64,000 nt of DNA from Lama glama. Lineage: Eukaryota. Within the stretch, counting starts at the first letter, position 1. Every line of letters begins with the position of its first letter. The notes under the pieces were generated by a model. The model saw nothing but the letters and a program-made list of their open reading frames with translations, searched no databases and was not told the DNA's origin. Below, piece by piece: positions 40,562 through 53,950 of the stretch. Made by a program: the position numbers and the translations under genes. Location of the stretch: contig CM052816.1 in the NCBI GenBank assembly GCA_028534125.1, forward strand, positions 27,468,001 through 27,532,000, read 5' to 3'.

Positions 40562-42759
40562 CAGTAGAAAACTGAAAAATTAAAAAATGATATACATGAA
40601 AAAATAAATTCTTTTCCCACCCCTGACTCACCAGATTCCCACTTCAGGACCTCCTACAGCAGCACATCTGTTACCAGTTTCTTGCGCTTTCTTCCAGTCT
40701 GTGCATTTGCAGAAGTATACCTATGTGTGCATATCACCTCCTGACCTGCAGCCTGATGCCTTGCCCATTCCTCTCTGTGGCCACCACAGCTACTATTGCT
40801 CAAGACCAGCCATGACAAAACAGATGACACATTTGTCCTGTTGAAGGAAAACTTGGTGACTCAGACCCAAACTGTTCCATACACCTTTCATCCTCATTAC
40901 CAGGTAACTTTGCCAAGGTCAAGTGGTGACATTCTGATTTACTACTAAGCTGACTGAATACAACTCATATTTGACGAGAATCTGAAATTCAAATACCAAA
41001 AAGAAACAAAATATTTCCTTAAGGCATCCAGTTTCGTAATCGAACTTGCTGTTTTGCTTTGTTGAAAATATTATTTTCCTTTTAGTTCAATGAACAGTCT
41101 ATTTGAAAGAACAAAAATAAGACTTCCCCCAAACTCCCAATTAATCACCAAATCTTTAAATTTAAGATCCAGTTTTTGCCATATTCTGAAATCTCCATTT
41201 AGCAGTTCAGAGAGCAAGGGCCAAGGAGCCTCATCATTTTCACTGGCCAGATTAGGCTGAGCCAAATCCAGGCTCCAGGTATGAAATGCAAATTTGGCTG
41301 ACTGTGGATTTGCCATTTACTAGAACCTGTATTCGAATAAATCAGGGATACATTTCTCTTGGCTCTTATAGACAGTCTTTTAAATAATGACTTCAACCCT
41401 CCTAAGGTTTTTGTCCAGGTCGCCTGAAAGTGAACAATTTTCACAAGTTTGTTTTGGCATCCATGGCATAAATTTTTATTGAAAGTCACAGTTGTTTTAG
41501 TGGGCACCACAGTCTCCCAGGAGATCTCTGTAGGGGCCTCCCAGCCAATTTGATGAGAACTATGTGCACCTAAAACATGCCAAGTGTTGTAAGGGGTGAC
41601 CTACCCTCTAACTCTTCGCTTGTCTGTACAAGACCACTGACTCATTTGTAATTTTGATTTAAGGACGTGCTCTTGCATGTGTCTGCAGCATTTCTGAAGC
41701 CAAACAACCATCTCTATATTGAAGATTCCTCTGCTTTTTTTCCTGTAAAAATTTCTGTTTCTCTGGAGTTACACTCAATTTATTCTGTTATATCAAACAG
41801 GTAAAGCAACAGCAAGATGGGTTCATTGGGAACATACTTTTTCCATGGAATTAAACAAAATAAACATTTGGTTGGGAAGAGACAGGAATGTAGCTCAAAA
41901 CCCATTTTCAAAACGTCCTTTAAATAACCAATGGGAAAGATCACTGATTTAGAGGCTTCAAACAAGTATGCAGAGGTATTTTGAGACAAAAAAGGACATC
42001 TCTTATTTCTATACTACCATCCATAAATCATCACATAATCACCAGGAAGTCAAACCAAAATTGGCTTAAATCAGAGTTTACAAGGTCCTTGTCTCATGAT
42101 TGAGAGGTCCCTCACATTTTTATTTTATTACTTTTTCTATATGCCATTTTATCCTTGTGTTTTATTACTTTGTTTGATTGGAAAACTTGTTAGAATTTTA
42201 CTTTATAAAACACTTAAGAAGGCTTAACTTATTAATGGCTTAACTTTGAAACAGCATAATTCTCATTTTAAAAATTAAACTAAAATCCTCTAAGCCAGTT
42301 ATTTCATATTTATAAGGCTTTCTTAGTAAATTTTTAATAAGGACAGAAAACTAATGCATAACAAAGAAAAAGATGTACATGAAAATAAATTTTGTTGCTG
42401 CTCTCAGTGAAAAAATGTTTCACACCAACCAAAAGTGAAAAGAAACCTGCTATTTTACAATTTTCACCTTCCCTTCAATTATACTAACTTTAATATTTTT
42501 CCTTTGAATTCCCCAGGGTCAGACAACAGTCTTAAACCTCAAGATTATAAAAATAAGAAACCTTTCCAAAATCATAAGGGTAAAGTCTCAACCTGCTGTT
42601 AAAAATACCACTGCTGAGGGCAGTGGTTCCTTCTCTGGGCAGGTTTCAAAGGCTCCATGAACTCAGAGAGCTACAGTGGGTAACACTGAACTCCATGGAG
42701 CACGGCATTCTGCACCACTCTGTCGCTGGAGAAATACTATGGCAGATCCTGGGAGTTGT

Positions 42760-43425
42760 CCCACCAACAGTCATTCCCTGCCTCATTTTCCCTTCCCTGT
42801 TTCCCACTACAGAGGCTAAAAAAGGAAGATTACTTTGCCATTATCCCTTCCATCTGGGGATAGCTATGTCACCAAGTTCTGGCTAAGACATAAGAAGCAG
42901 TTTATAAAGGCAGTGATTCTCAGACTTTACTGTGTGTGAGAATCACCTGAGGGATCTTGTTAAAATGTGCAGTCTGAATCAGTAACCAGGATGGAGCCTG
43001 AGACGTTGCACTTTAAGTTCCCAGGTGTGGTCGGAGGACCACAATCTGAGTAACAAGGTAACTTGTAACAGAGGGCTTCTGGTAAGGATTTTCCTCCTTT
43101 ATTTGGATAGAGGTGTGCAAGGAGAAAGCTGCTTCCTGTCCTTTCCTCTAACTTGCTTTTGAATAGGACTGAAGAAGGAGGTGGGTGTGGGGCTGTGTCA
43201 GCCATCTTGTATCCAAGAGGGACGGAAGCCAACAGGCCGAGCATAGTGAAGGAGAAGAATGGAAAGTGTCCACGTATTTGACAACGTCATTATGCCACTG
43301 AAGGTAAATAATCTTGGGCCCTCCTACCTCTAGACTCCGTATTTTAATGGTATAACAAATATCATGAGGTTTAAGTCACCAGTTGTCATATTTTCTGTTG
43401 TGGGCAAAGAAACAGTTCTTATCTA
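42760..43425 (+). mobile_element. MLT1J-like MaLR LTR containing a MER5A insertion
   Basis: gctatgtcaccaagttctggctaa; gggcttctggtaagg; gctgtgtcagccatcttg; gtttaagtcaccagttg..ttttctgttg. Confidence 0.65.
42910..43058. mobile_element. MER5A-like hAT DNA transposon
   Basis: cagtgattctcagacttt..agaatcacctgagggatcttgttaaaat..ttcccaggtg..gaggaccaca..tgagtaacaagg. Confidence 0.8.
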
Positions 43426-44069
43426 TTACATGAACTAAACTGATCTATTCAGAACCGGGCTTATAATCTATCAGCCCAGAGGCAAATCCTGTCTCTTACA
43501 GCCTATGGCCCACGGAGAGTCACTGGGCCTGGAGAATGGTAATTCTATGGTTTCAAGATATCTAGTAGAGAACATTCACTCATGTGCTGCTGGAAAAGAA
43601 TTTATTCTTAAAATTGTAGCAATTTGCTTTTTAACCCCTGGCATAGAAGTAGGGTAATAGGAGAATGGAGAGAGGCAAAAGATATCTAAGTGTTTCTTCT
43701 ACTGCCTTACTCTTTTTAGTGAAACTATTCTGAAGAATAAGAGAATTAAGCTGTTTCCTGCAGTAGAGCTCATAAAGTGAAGTTAGTTGTAGAAATCCAC
43801 TGGCATTTATAGGTATCTTCTGATGTTCAGTACTGAGGACATGGGTTGCAGAATTACCATAAATTTACTAACAAGTAATATTTTGGAAAAATCTCACAAC
43901 TGTTCTTCTTGTATTGAACAAACACTGGTGGGTGTAACTTTGTCAACAATGCATTTTGAATTTCTTTGCTTTACCTTAAGTGCTCTTACCTCCAAAAGAA
44001 CTCCAGTCTTTCCAGTTCTGCTCAAATTTTTGGTAGCTTTTTGTTTACTGTCTCAATTTTCTCATTGCA

Positions 44070-44380
44070 GTAGTTAGGTTATAATCTTATCTGTAATACA
44101 AAACAAAATAACAGTAGCTTAAATTAGAGAGAAATGTATTTATGTCTTATTTAACAGTCTGAGTGATAACAGTATAAGACAGATACAGTGTCATGGTGTC
44201 AAGGACTCACATGTGTTGCTTCACCATCATGTGACTTCCATCTCATGGTATGAGGTGGTTGCTCAAGTTCCCACCATTATATCTCTATTCCAACCCGTTA
44301 AAAAGGGGAAAGGAAAAATGGAAGGGATGTCCCTTCCATTAAGAGCCATGTAGGCTTTAAGGACCATGTAACCAAGTGAA
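44070..44380 (-). mobile_element. Old MLT1-family LTR fragment
   Basis: agttaggtta..ctgtaatacaaaac..aacagtagcttaaattagagagaaatgtattt is an antisense MLT1 3' end. Confidence 0.55.
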
Positions 44381-45869
44381 ACGCAAGTTTTTGTTTGTTT
44401 GTTTGTTTTGTTTTTTAACTAAAGATGTGAAGTGTGAAGAATGCAGTTGAGGGGCAAGCAGTCTCTGCCACACTCAACTGACATTAATGAGTGGGGCTGT
44501 AGCTGTCCTTGTGCTTTGTTAAAAGAGCGACTACTTTGCTCATTGCCATTGCCATAGTTATTTGGAACAAAAGAGAAGGTCACAGATGGCACACTGCAGC
44601 CAGAAGATTTGGCTGCAGAGCACAGCAAGAGTTTCCTGGGAACTTTCAGGACTATCTGGGAGAATTTGAGAGTTACTAGTTTTTCCACAAAGCAGGGGCT
44701 GTGTAGCTAGAAAAATACTGATTTGTAATTGTCCATTTTCCTTCTTGCTGTGATTATGAGAATTCATTCTTCATTCAATAGTTCCCACAATTCCACATTT
44801 CCCAATGGCTATTATACGGATATGGTTCAAAGCAAGCCTGATTGATACCATCTTCCAGGGGCTACTGCTTCCATCTGAAAGAGACACACATCACTTTTAT
44901 TCCCATTCCACTGAGCAAAAAGCAAGTCACAGCTTTAAAGGAGGGCAGGTAATGAAAATAACTACCACATGCCCAAAAGGAGGAGAATATTTATAATAGT
45001 CAAATAACTACCATAATACTTAAACAGTAAATTACAAATGTCGTATGATAAGACTGGAAATATTAGCTATGATGATTGCTATAGCCAAATCAAAATTAAA
45101 TTACTCACCCTAATTTTGGCACCAACCAACTACATTAGTTACTACACTCCTCACCTAGTGCAACTCTTCATGACTCCCTTAAATACGGGTTGTGCCTACT
45201 AATGCATGACCTAATAGCCAAGGAGTATAAAGGAAACCATGATTCCGTTGGTCTGCATTACATTGAAAAATTGGCCATGAAACGAAAAAGGTCTCACTTT
45301 TGATGCAGAAAAGAAGTTATATTTCAAAAGTATTTTCCACTTTCCTCTAGAATGCTGCAGTGGACAGGGCTTAGACTAGGAAAATTTGTGAATAAGGTAT
45401 GATTTGGAGCTATTTCACAATTGTTCGGGGGTAATACCTTCTTTCCACTCCTACTCCTGTTTTCCAAGTCTTCCACAAGTCTAACATACACACCTAAGTT
45501 TTCATTTTCTAAGGAGAAACTCTCAGTAGGAACTGTTTCTATTGAAAAGTTCATAAAATTTAACACTACTGTAACCCATTCCTTCAGGACATGTGACCCT
45601 TTCCAGTAATAAATTTACAAATTAGCAAGGGCTTTCAATACCTGAAGCCAAAGCAGAGAGAAACAATAGGGATTTCAAAGTTCAGGAAAAGAATGGTAGG
45701 AGATCTTTTTGAAGAGAGCTTCCCTTGGGGGTTTCCATCAAATCATTCCATTGACTTTGAAATGATAGTCTGATGATGATGAATGTTAAAATGTGAAAGA
45801 AACATTCAAATATTCCTACACATGCTTCCCTCTGCAAACATAGTACTTCCTTTCAGTTTTTTGTCCACC

Positions 45870-46235
45870 ACATATGTTCCTCTGCTTTGTGGGCTTTCAC
45901 ACGCCATTAGTAGTGCCTGAAATGCACTTATTCTTCCCTAGCCCACCCAGTTTTTGCTGACTAGTTCTTTATTCTTTAGGCTTTATTTAAATGTTACTTC
46001 TTCTAGGAAGCCCTAGAGGGCTCTGTAATTAAGGGATTGAGCCCCATCTACATGTTTTCCTAGGACATCTATTTTCCCATCCAAAGCACTGTCTCTTCTG
46101 TAGACTGGTCTGCTCCACTCATAACAAGGAAAGCTTTATTAGGACAGGGGTGGTGTCTCCCTTGGTCACTGATGCTTTCCTAATACGTCAGGAATAGTAC
46201 TTGACGTAGTGCTCAAAAAGGATATTTTGGGTAAA
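45870..46235 (+). mobile_element. LINE-2 3' fragment
   Basis: tttaaatgttacttcttctaggaagcc; aggacaggg..gtcactgatgctttcctaatac..gtagtgctcaaaaag. Confidence 0.6.
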
Positions 46236-48147
46236 TTAATTAATATATTTAACATTGTAGAAAAGTATCTCTTCCTAATATATTAATTATATATTATTGC
46301 GTAATTGTACCCTTCCTTAATGTTTGAGTTTCAAAATTTAACCATTGTGGTAAATTAATAATAAACGTATATAGACAGATACACTCTATTAGATTTAGAT
46401 CTAGGCAAATTAATACTCTATAAGTAGATAAATAATCCCCCAATAGGTTAAACAAAATATGTAAAAAGCTATGATGAGTACAAAGATGCTCTTAAGAGTC
46501 TTGTTTATCAAACTTAAATATCAGATGTATTTCAAATGGTCACCAATATGGAATTATGTAAATAAATTATAATGTGACCTCTGAATAGAATAATGTAGCC
46601 AATGAAATGCTAACTACAAAAAAAGAGGGTTGAGGAGACTATGTCATAACATGGAAATGCCTTATAATAAAATGGTAAACGATTACAAAGTAAGATACTA
46701 AATTATATGGCCATCATTATTATAACTATCTGAAAATAAATAAATTAGTGATTACATTAGAGTGGTGGATTATATTTTCCTTTAGTTCATATTTTAACTC
46801 ACATGATTGTTACTTTTTATGATTATGCTACTTTTATAACTAAAGTATGTAATAAAGATATTTGTGACTTTAAGACCTAATCAATATATATTATGGGTGA
46901 CAAAATATGAAATTTGACTAACCATTATGATTCAAAATTTGAAGGATGTGATGCTAATAATGGAAACAATAGTATTGACAGATAAAGAGCTGAGATTTTA
47001 CTTAGTATGACTAACAGGAAATAAATTACTAGTGAGATAACAAATGTTCTTTTGGCAGAACTCCTTTTGCCCAACAGAATGAAGGCAGCTGCCTTGTTAC
47101 CAAGCAGGGAGGAAGGCACACCTGGAAGGTGGCCATGCTAATCATAATAGGAAATGCTCATGTATAATTCTTATCTCTGAAAATAGAAATGCTGAATTTT
47201 TATGTGAAACACCTGAATGACTGGGTGCCAAACGCAGAAGAAATGTAAAGGTAGAATGAGCAAACAGCTAAGCAAGGTAGTGTTTCAGAAAAGAAGTATC
47301 ATGTTAGGCCTTGTCTCAAAAGTCAGTGGTCTTCTTATGAAGAGAAGTGTTCACAGAATCTATTAAATGCACACTCAATCACAAAACAAAACCCATCTGT
47401 TTAAGATCAACAATTGCAATAAACATGTTAAAGGAAGGAATGTGGAAGGCAAACATATATTATAAAACAAAATCTACCCTCTTGGGATAAGTAATATTTC
47501 CTTTAAAAGAACTGCAGTGCTCCAGAACGTATTCTTTATACCAAAAGAAATAACAGTTAGATGCAGAAACCACGTTAGCAGAGGCATATTCAGTTCTTTG
47601 AGAGGGAAGATTAAGCTGAAAATCACGCACATAATCCCATTGTGCAGCATGCCAAATTTCCTTAGATGCAACTGACAAAAGAAAAAATATGTATAACTGG
47701 AGTGTATCCTAAAATTTAGAAACACAAATTGCATATCTTAAACTCATGACTTAGATGTATTAAATTGTTTGGCTAATCTAAGAAGTTATTTGTCAGGAAC
47801 TTCAACACAGTATCATGATTTACTAATTTATATTTGGACACCAGCACTAAATGAATGTATAATCATGTTTAAAAGGATGTATTTGAGGGAGCAAGGCTGG
47901 GGCAATAGAATACTGAAGGCTAAACTGAGGGTTGTTTTTCCCCTTTTCAGTATTTTTGTGGCAAAGTTTCATGCACAGGGACACATGCCATATTAGGTAT
48001 GCAGCAAGTGGAAAGAAAAAATATCTTTTTTATTTTCCTGTTTTTTTTTAAACTAGTCCTGTTTTTAAATATCTGTCTTGAGAAACACACTTTAGTAAGT
48101 GTCCAGTTCAGAACAAGTGACCTCTTGGTCAATGTTGAATGGTTGGG

Positions 48148-48320
48148 AGCTGTGCCATCCAAGGTAATAACCACTAGCCACACATAGTTATTGAATGTAA
48201 AAGTAAATTAAAATTAAATGTGACATTTAATTCAAGTGCTCAGTAGGCACATATGGCTACCATACTGTATACTGTAGATTACAGAACATTTCCATCACCA
48301 CTACTGGATAGCACTGGTCT
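48148..48320 (+). mobile_element. MER3-like hAT DNA transposon
   Basis: ccactagccacacatag..attcaagtgctcagtaggcacatatggctacc..agaacatttccatcaccac..tggatagcactg. Confidence 0.7.
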
Positions 48321-50409
48321 GGGGGAAGTTTGAGAGGAACTACTCTATAGGAATCTTGGATTTAGAGGACCAGTAAAACACTAAGCAAGATCTGAAGGGT
48401 AGGGGTGAGAGCTTCAGTGTTGCGAGGAAGCGAGGTCCTTATTAGAAAAGAGGGCCTGTTGGTTATAGAAATTTCTGGAGTATTTTTAAAACACAGATAC
48501 CTAATATTCAGTGTGAAGTGCTCCACCTCATCCCATCCATACCTTTTATTCCATATCTTCTGGAAACTCTCCTCTACACACAGCCAGTGGTATTTAAGGA
48601 GGAATGGGTCAGTGTCCTAGATTGTAGGTGAAATGAAGAGTGGAAATCAGAAATTCAATAGAAGTAGGAACTTAAGATAAAAGTTAGCCAGGAAAAAAAA
48701 GACACCCTCTCTCTCCACCCCGTTATTGCAAAATAGCCCCAAGTAAGAACCCCCAGAGAGGGGCTAGCGTCAACTTTTTATTTAAACTAATCAAAGGAAG
48801 GTGATCCCAACTGACCCTGGAATTACTTCAATTTGTCAGATGACACAAGTTATACATGTGTGAAAAAAACTGTAAATTACCATTTCATTGTCTTTATTTT
48901 CAGAGAGACAATAAACATTTTCTTAGGCATTAAGGATAAAATAAAGAACCCAAATGCATTCTATTTATTCAGCTCAGAAAAGGCTTTAAGTTAAAAAGAA
49001 ATAGAAATTTTTTTTTTGAGATGGGAATTCTTTGCTTGCTGATGAAAAATTGATTTTGCAAACTTCCTCTTAAATTTATGTTATCTCTGTCTGCTCTTTG
49101 CTACGTTTCAGAAACTAAAAATAGAAAGGGCCTTCCTGCAGCACCTACTTTTTGAGGTAAATATTCCAATTCAGAAATAAATTAAAACTTATGTCATGAG
49201 GTTTCTGTTGTCAATACCAGAATGTCCGCTGGCTTTTTGGGTGGGTGCAAGAGTGACTGACTGTTCTTTTGTTTTTCAAAAACCAATAACATCCACCATA
49301 TTAAACAGGAATTTGATGTTTATTTGTGGATTTTTAAAAAAGCCTTTTAGTCAGCCCTGCAAATAATGCAGACTTCCAAAATTAAAGAAATACCAAAATA
49401 ACTGTGGCATTTCCTCAGTTGAGCAGAATGGTTCCTTTAGAGCAGATCTGCTGCATAAACACTGAACATTTTCTTTCCCTCCAGTAACATCTGTGAACAA
49501 GTTTACCACTTGGGAAAATGAAGGACTAATAACTACATCCAGACATGGGTGGGTACAGGTGCTTCAACACATAGTTCCACAAACACATCCCAGTTCCGAC
49601 AAATGGGCTATTTCTGACTAACCTCTTCAGACTTCAGTCACACTGTGTGTTCGGCCTGGGAGAAGGGCGACCTGCTGGCAAGGCTGTCAGCAGCATCATC
49701 TAAAGGCACTGACTTTTTACTGGAACAGTGCATTCCCTGAACATATTGACTCTCTGAACAGAGAACATCAGCCCAACAATTTATTAAAAGCAATTGTGTG
49801 TTTCCTAGGTCTAGCCAAACATTTGGTGCATGTTATACAACACTCCAAGACCAAACTTCAGTCCTACGTCTTTGAAGAAAAACTTCCCCAAGTAGCCCCG
49901 ATTTTGAAGAACCTCTGATTTCCCATGGCAACCATCATCTGGACTGTTCATTGGACACTTAGCCATGTACTGCCTTGTGAGAGGTACCTCTCTTGTTTGT
50001 AATAAAGTTATATACAATTTTTATTCTATTTAATTTCTCTCATTTAAAACTTTTCCTCCTTCCCTCTTGCTATACTTCATACTCTTCAATGGCAAAGACA
50101 ACTTTTTATACTTATTTGTTTGCCACATAATTCTGGGTATGATAGACTACCTAACAGGCCTTAATACATTTTTGTTGATTTGAAAACAGAATTTTTAAAT
50201 TGCAATTTAGAAATATACATAAACTCCTATCCCCTTATAAAATTGTTTTGGGTGGCAAGATGACATTTGTTTCACACCTGGTAGTATGAGAGGGAAAGAA
50301 ATTAATTTTTTGTAGGAGGGGATCTTTCCTCTTATACCTGAGGATGGGCAGCTTGAGGCATTTAAGTAAACCTGTCAATAGGCAGGTTTTGGTATCATAC
50401 TGATGCATC

Positions 50410-53400
50410 AAACATGTATATATACATGAAATCAATACTACAAACAGAACAGTCAACATGATCATCTCTTCTGAAAGTTTCCTTGTGCCCCTTTGTGTCC
50501 TTCCCTCCTGCCCTCCATTTAACATGAACCTACTATCCCCAGACAACCACTGCCAACCTCCCAACACTATAGATTAGTCTGTATTTTCTGGAATTTTATA
50601 CAAATGGAATCATAGTGAATAGTCTTTTGTTTAGCCTCTTTCAATCAACATAATGATTTTCGAGGTTCACACAGGTTGGTGTATTCATAAATAGCTCAGT
50701 CCTTTTTATTGCTAAGTAGTATTCCATTGTATGGATACACCAAATTTGGTTAATTTATTCACGTTTGATAGACATTTGGGTTGTTTCCAGCTTTACAAAT
50801 AAAGCTTCTATGAGTATTTGTCTATTAAGTCTTTGTATGGACATATACTTTCATTTCTCTTGAGTAAATGCCTAGGAGTGTAAAGACTAGATCATGATAG
50901 GTGTCTGTTTAACTTTTTGAGACCACCAAATAGCTTTCCAAAGCAGTTGTATGATTTTGTATTGCCAACAGCCGTGTGTGAGTGTCAAAGATCCTCCACA
51001 TCCTTGCCAGCACATGATATAATTAAACTTCAATTCTAGCCACTCTAATAGGTGTATAGTGGTATCTTATATTTGTGGTTTTGCTTGCATTTCCTAAGAA
51101 CTAATGATTTTTAATGTCTGTTCAGGTGCTTATTTGCTATTCATAGGTCTTTTTGGTGAAGAGTCTGTTAAAATATTTTTCCCAATTAAAATTTTTGATA
51201 ATTTACCCACTTTTCAATTTTGAGAGTTCCTTATGTAATTTGCATACAAGCCCTTTATCAGACATACAATTTTCAAATTGATTTCCCAGTCTGTGGCTTA
51301 ATTCTCAGAATTTAAAAATTTTGATGGAGTCTAATTTATCAAATTTTTGGTATTTTATTTATGATCTTTGCCTAAATCAAGGTCAAAAAAGTTTTCTCCT
51401 GTTTTTTTCTGGAAGTTTTATAGTTTTAGATGTTATAATTGAGTTCATTTTGTATATGGAATGAGCTATCGGTTGAAATTTATTTGTTTGCCTATGAATG
51501 GCCATTTGTTCCAGTACCATCTGTAGAAAAGAACATCCTTTCTTCACCCAATTACCTTTGAATTTTATTGAAAATCATTTGACCATATACTTGTGGGTCT
51601 GTTTCTGGACTCTGTACTCTGTCCAGTGATAAATCTGTCTACCTTTAAAGGAATACCATATTGCCTTGCTTTCTGTAGATTTATAAATCTTCAAATCAGG
51701 TAGTGTTTAGTCTTCTGATTTGTTCTTTTTTTAAATTGTTGTGGCTATGTTAAGTCTTTTTTCATTTCCATATGAACTTTAGAATCAGACTGTCAGTTTC
51801 TACAAAACAGCCTGCTGGGATTTTTTTTTTTTCCAGATTGAGCTGGATCTATAGATCAGTTGGGGAGAATTAACATCTTATCAGTATCTTAATACTTTCT
51901 GACCAATGAACAAGCTATGTCTCTCTATTAATTTAGGTTTTCTTTAATTTCACTCAACACTGTACATATTTCCAGTGAATGGGACTTAAATATCTGTTAT
52001 CAGATTTATCCCTAAGTAGTTCATATTATCTAAGGATAATGGAGATGATAATTGTTTTTTACTTTTAACTGATGATTGTTGCTAACATAGAAAAAGAATT
52101 GACTTCTGTATACTGACTCAGTATTCTATAGCCTTGTTAAACTCACTTGTTAGCTCTATGAACTTTTTTGTGCATTCCAATAGATTTTCTACAAAGACAA
52201 TCAGGTTGTCTTTGAATACAGTTTTGTTTCTTCCTTTCAATACTGGATGCCTTTGTTTTTCTTGCCTTACTGAACTGGCTAGATCCTCTAGTATAATAGT
52301 GAACAGATGTGGTGAGAGTAGACATCCTTCTCTTGCTGCTGATCTTGGGGGAAACATTCAGTATTTCATTATTAAGCTATTAGCTGTAGTTTTTTTTTTT
52401 TTTTTGATTCTCTTTCTCAGGTTGAGTAAGTTTCCTTCTATACCTGGTCTGCTGAAGTTTGGGGGGCTTTTTTGTTTGTCTGTTTTTAATCAAGAATTGG
52501 TGTTGAATTTTGCAAATGATTTTTCTGTGTCTATTGAGTTGATTTGTAGTTATATGTTTTTTGTTGTTTTACTGTTTCTCTGCCTTCTTTAGGAATATTT
52601 TATGCTTCCAATTTAATGTTTTTTGCTTAATATTTATGACTTTTTGTTTTGCTGTTTTAGTGGTTTTGGATTTACAGTACATATCTTTTACTTACCACAG
52701 TCTACTGACAAGTGATATACCACTTTGTGCACAGTTTAATAATCTTATACTAATAATATACTTCACTTTTCTCTCAGGGGTTTTATACAATTATTTTCAT
52801 ACATTTTTTCTTACCCACATTATTTTTTAAATAGCCATTATCTTTTAAAAAGACTTAAATAATAAGAAAAATACATGAATATATATACATTTATGTATAA
52901 TTGAAAAATTGTGCTCTACACTGGAATTTGACACAACATTGTAAAATGATTATAAATCAATAAAAAAAACATTAAAAAAATCTAACCACCCATTGACCAA
53001 CTAACAAAAAAAAAAAAGAAAAAAATGTACAAATTTGCCCATATATATTTGCAATTTCCTGGTGCTCTTCATTTGTGTATATTCATATTCCTACTACTGT
53101 TATTTTCTTTCTTGCTTAGAGACTCCCTTTAAAATTGTATATAATGTAGGTCTATTGGTGATGAAGTCTTTAAGCTTTTTTTTATGTCTTAGGAAGCATT
53201 CTGCCCTCAGTTTTTGAAAACTACTTTGATTAGGTATAGAATTCTAAATTGACAGGTTTTTTTTCTTTCAGTACTTGAAAGACATTTCACTGTATATCCT
53301 CACTTGTATTATTTCATTAAAAATCTGGTATCATTTTTATCTTTGTTCCTTGGTAGGAAAGGTTTCTTTTTCTCTCTGACTCTTAAAATTATTTTTGTGG

Positions 53401-53670
53401 TTTGGTTTGAATTTCTTGGACCTGTACATTTACAGTTCTCACCAAATTTGACAATTTTCAGGCATTATTTCTTCAATTTTTTTTTTGTCTTTCCTCCTTC
53501 AAGCACTCCCAATTATGTGCATATTAAGCTGCTTGAAGATTGCTCATAGCTCTTCTTTGCTCACTCTATATATTTTTTAAGTTGTTTTTCTCTCTGTGTT
53601 TTATTTTGGATTGTTTCTATTGCTATGCCTTAAAGTTCATTAATCTTTTCCTCCACAGTATCTAATCTGC
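50410..53670 (-). mobile_element. Old L1 (L1MC/L1MD-like), fragmented
   Basis: Antisense L1 3'UTR and ORF2 text. ORF 52118-52357 has RT-like REGCLLSPHLFTIILEDLASSVRQEK, with many disablements. Confidence 0.9.
52878..53025 (+). mobile_element. Very short young camelid-type L1 3' end inserted in the old L1
   Basis: tgaaaaattgtgctctacactggaatttgacacaacattgtaaaatgattataaatcaataaaaaa is near-identical to 17361-17426. Confidence 0.85.
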
Positions 53671-53821
53671 ACTCCTCCTAGCTCCATTTTAGAGAAACTG
53701 CAAGGCATTATTAAGCATACTAAGAGTGGGTATCATGTTTCTTAAGCTTTAGAGCATCTTATAGATGAAATCTTTTTCTTGCTGGTGTTGACCACCTCTC
53801 AGAGCATAACTTCTGTGGCAT

Positions 53822-53950
53822 TAGAGGATAACGATATATTCTAGTCTGACTGGGACACTCCTGGCTAATGCCCATTGTTTTGAGCTAATTAATGATGTAC
53901 TCCCTTTTACTCTTAAAAATAGTTTTGAAAATAAAGTATATAGTCATCTA
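53822..53950 (-). mobile_element. MER81-like hAT-Blackjack MITE
   Basis: ctgggacactcctgg..taattaat..cccttttactcttaaaa..tatatagtcatcta. Confidence 0.5.

Noticed and set aside
45324..45566. 80-aa ORF considered as a processed pseudogene
   Set aside because: No recognisable parent protein, poly(A) tail or TSD.
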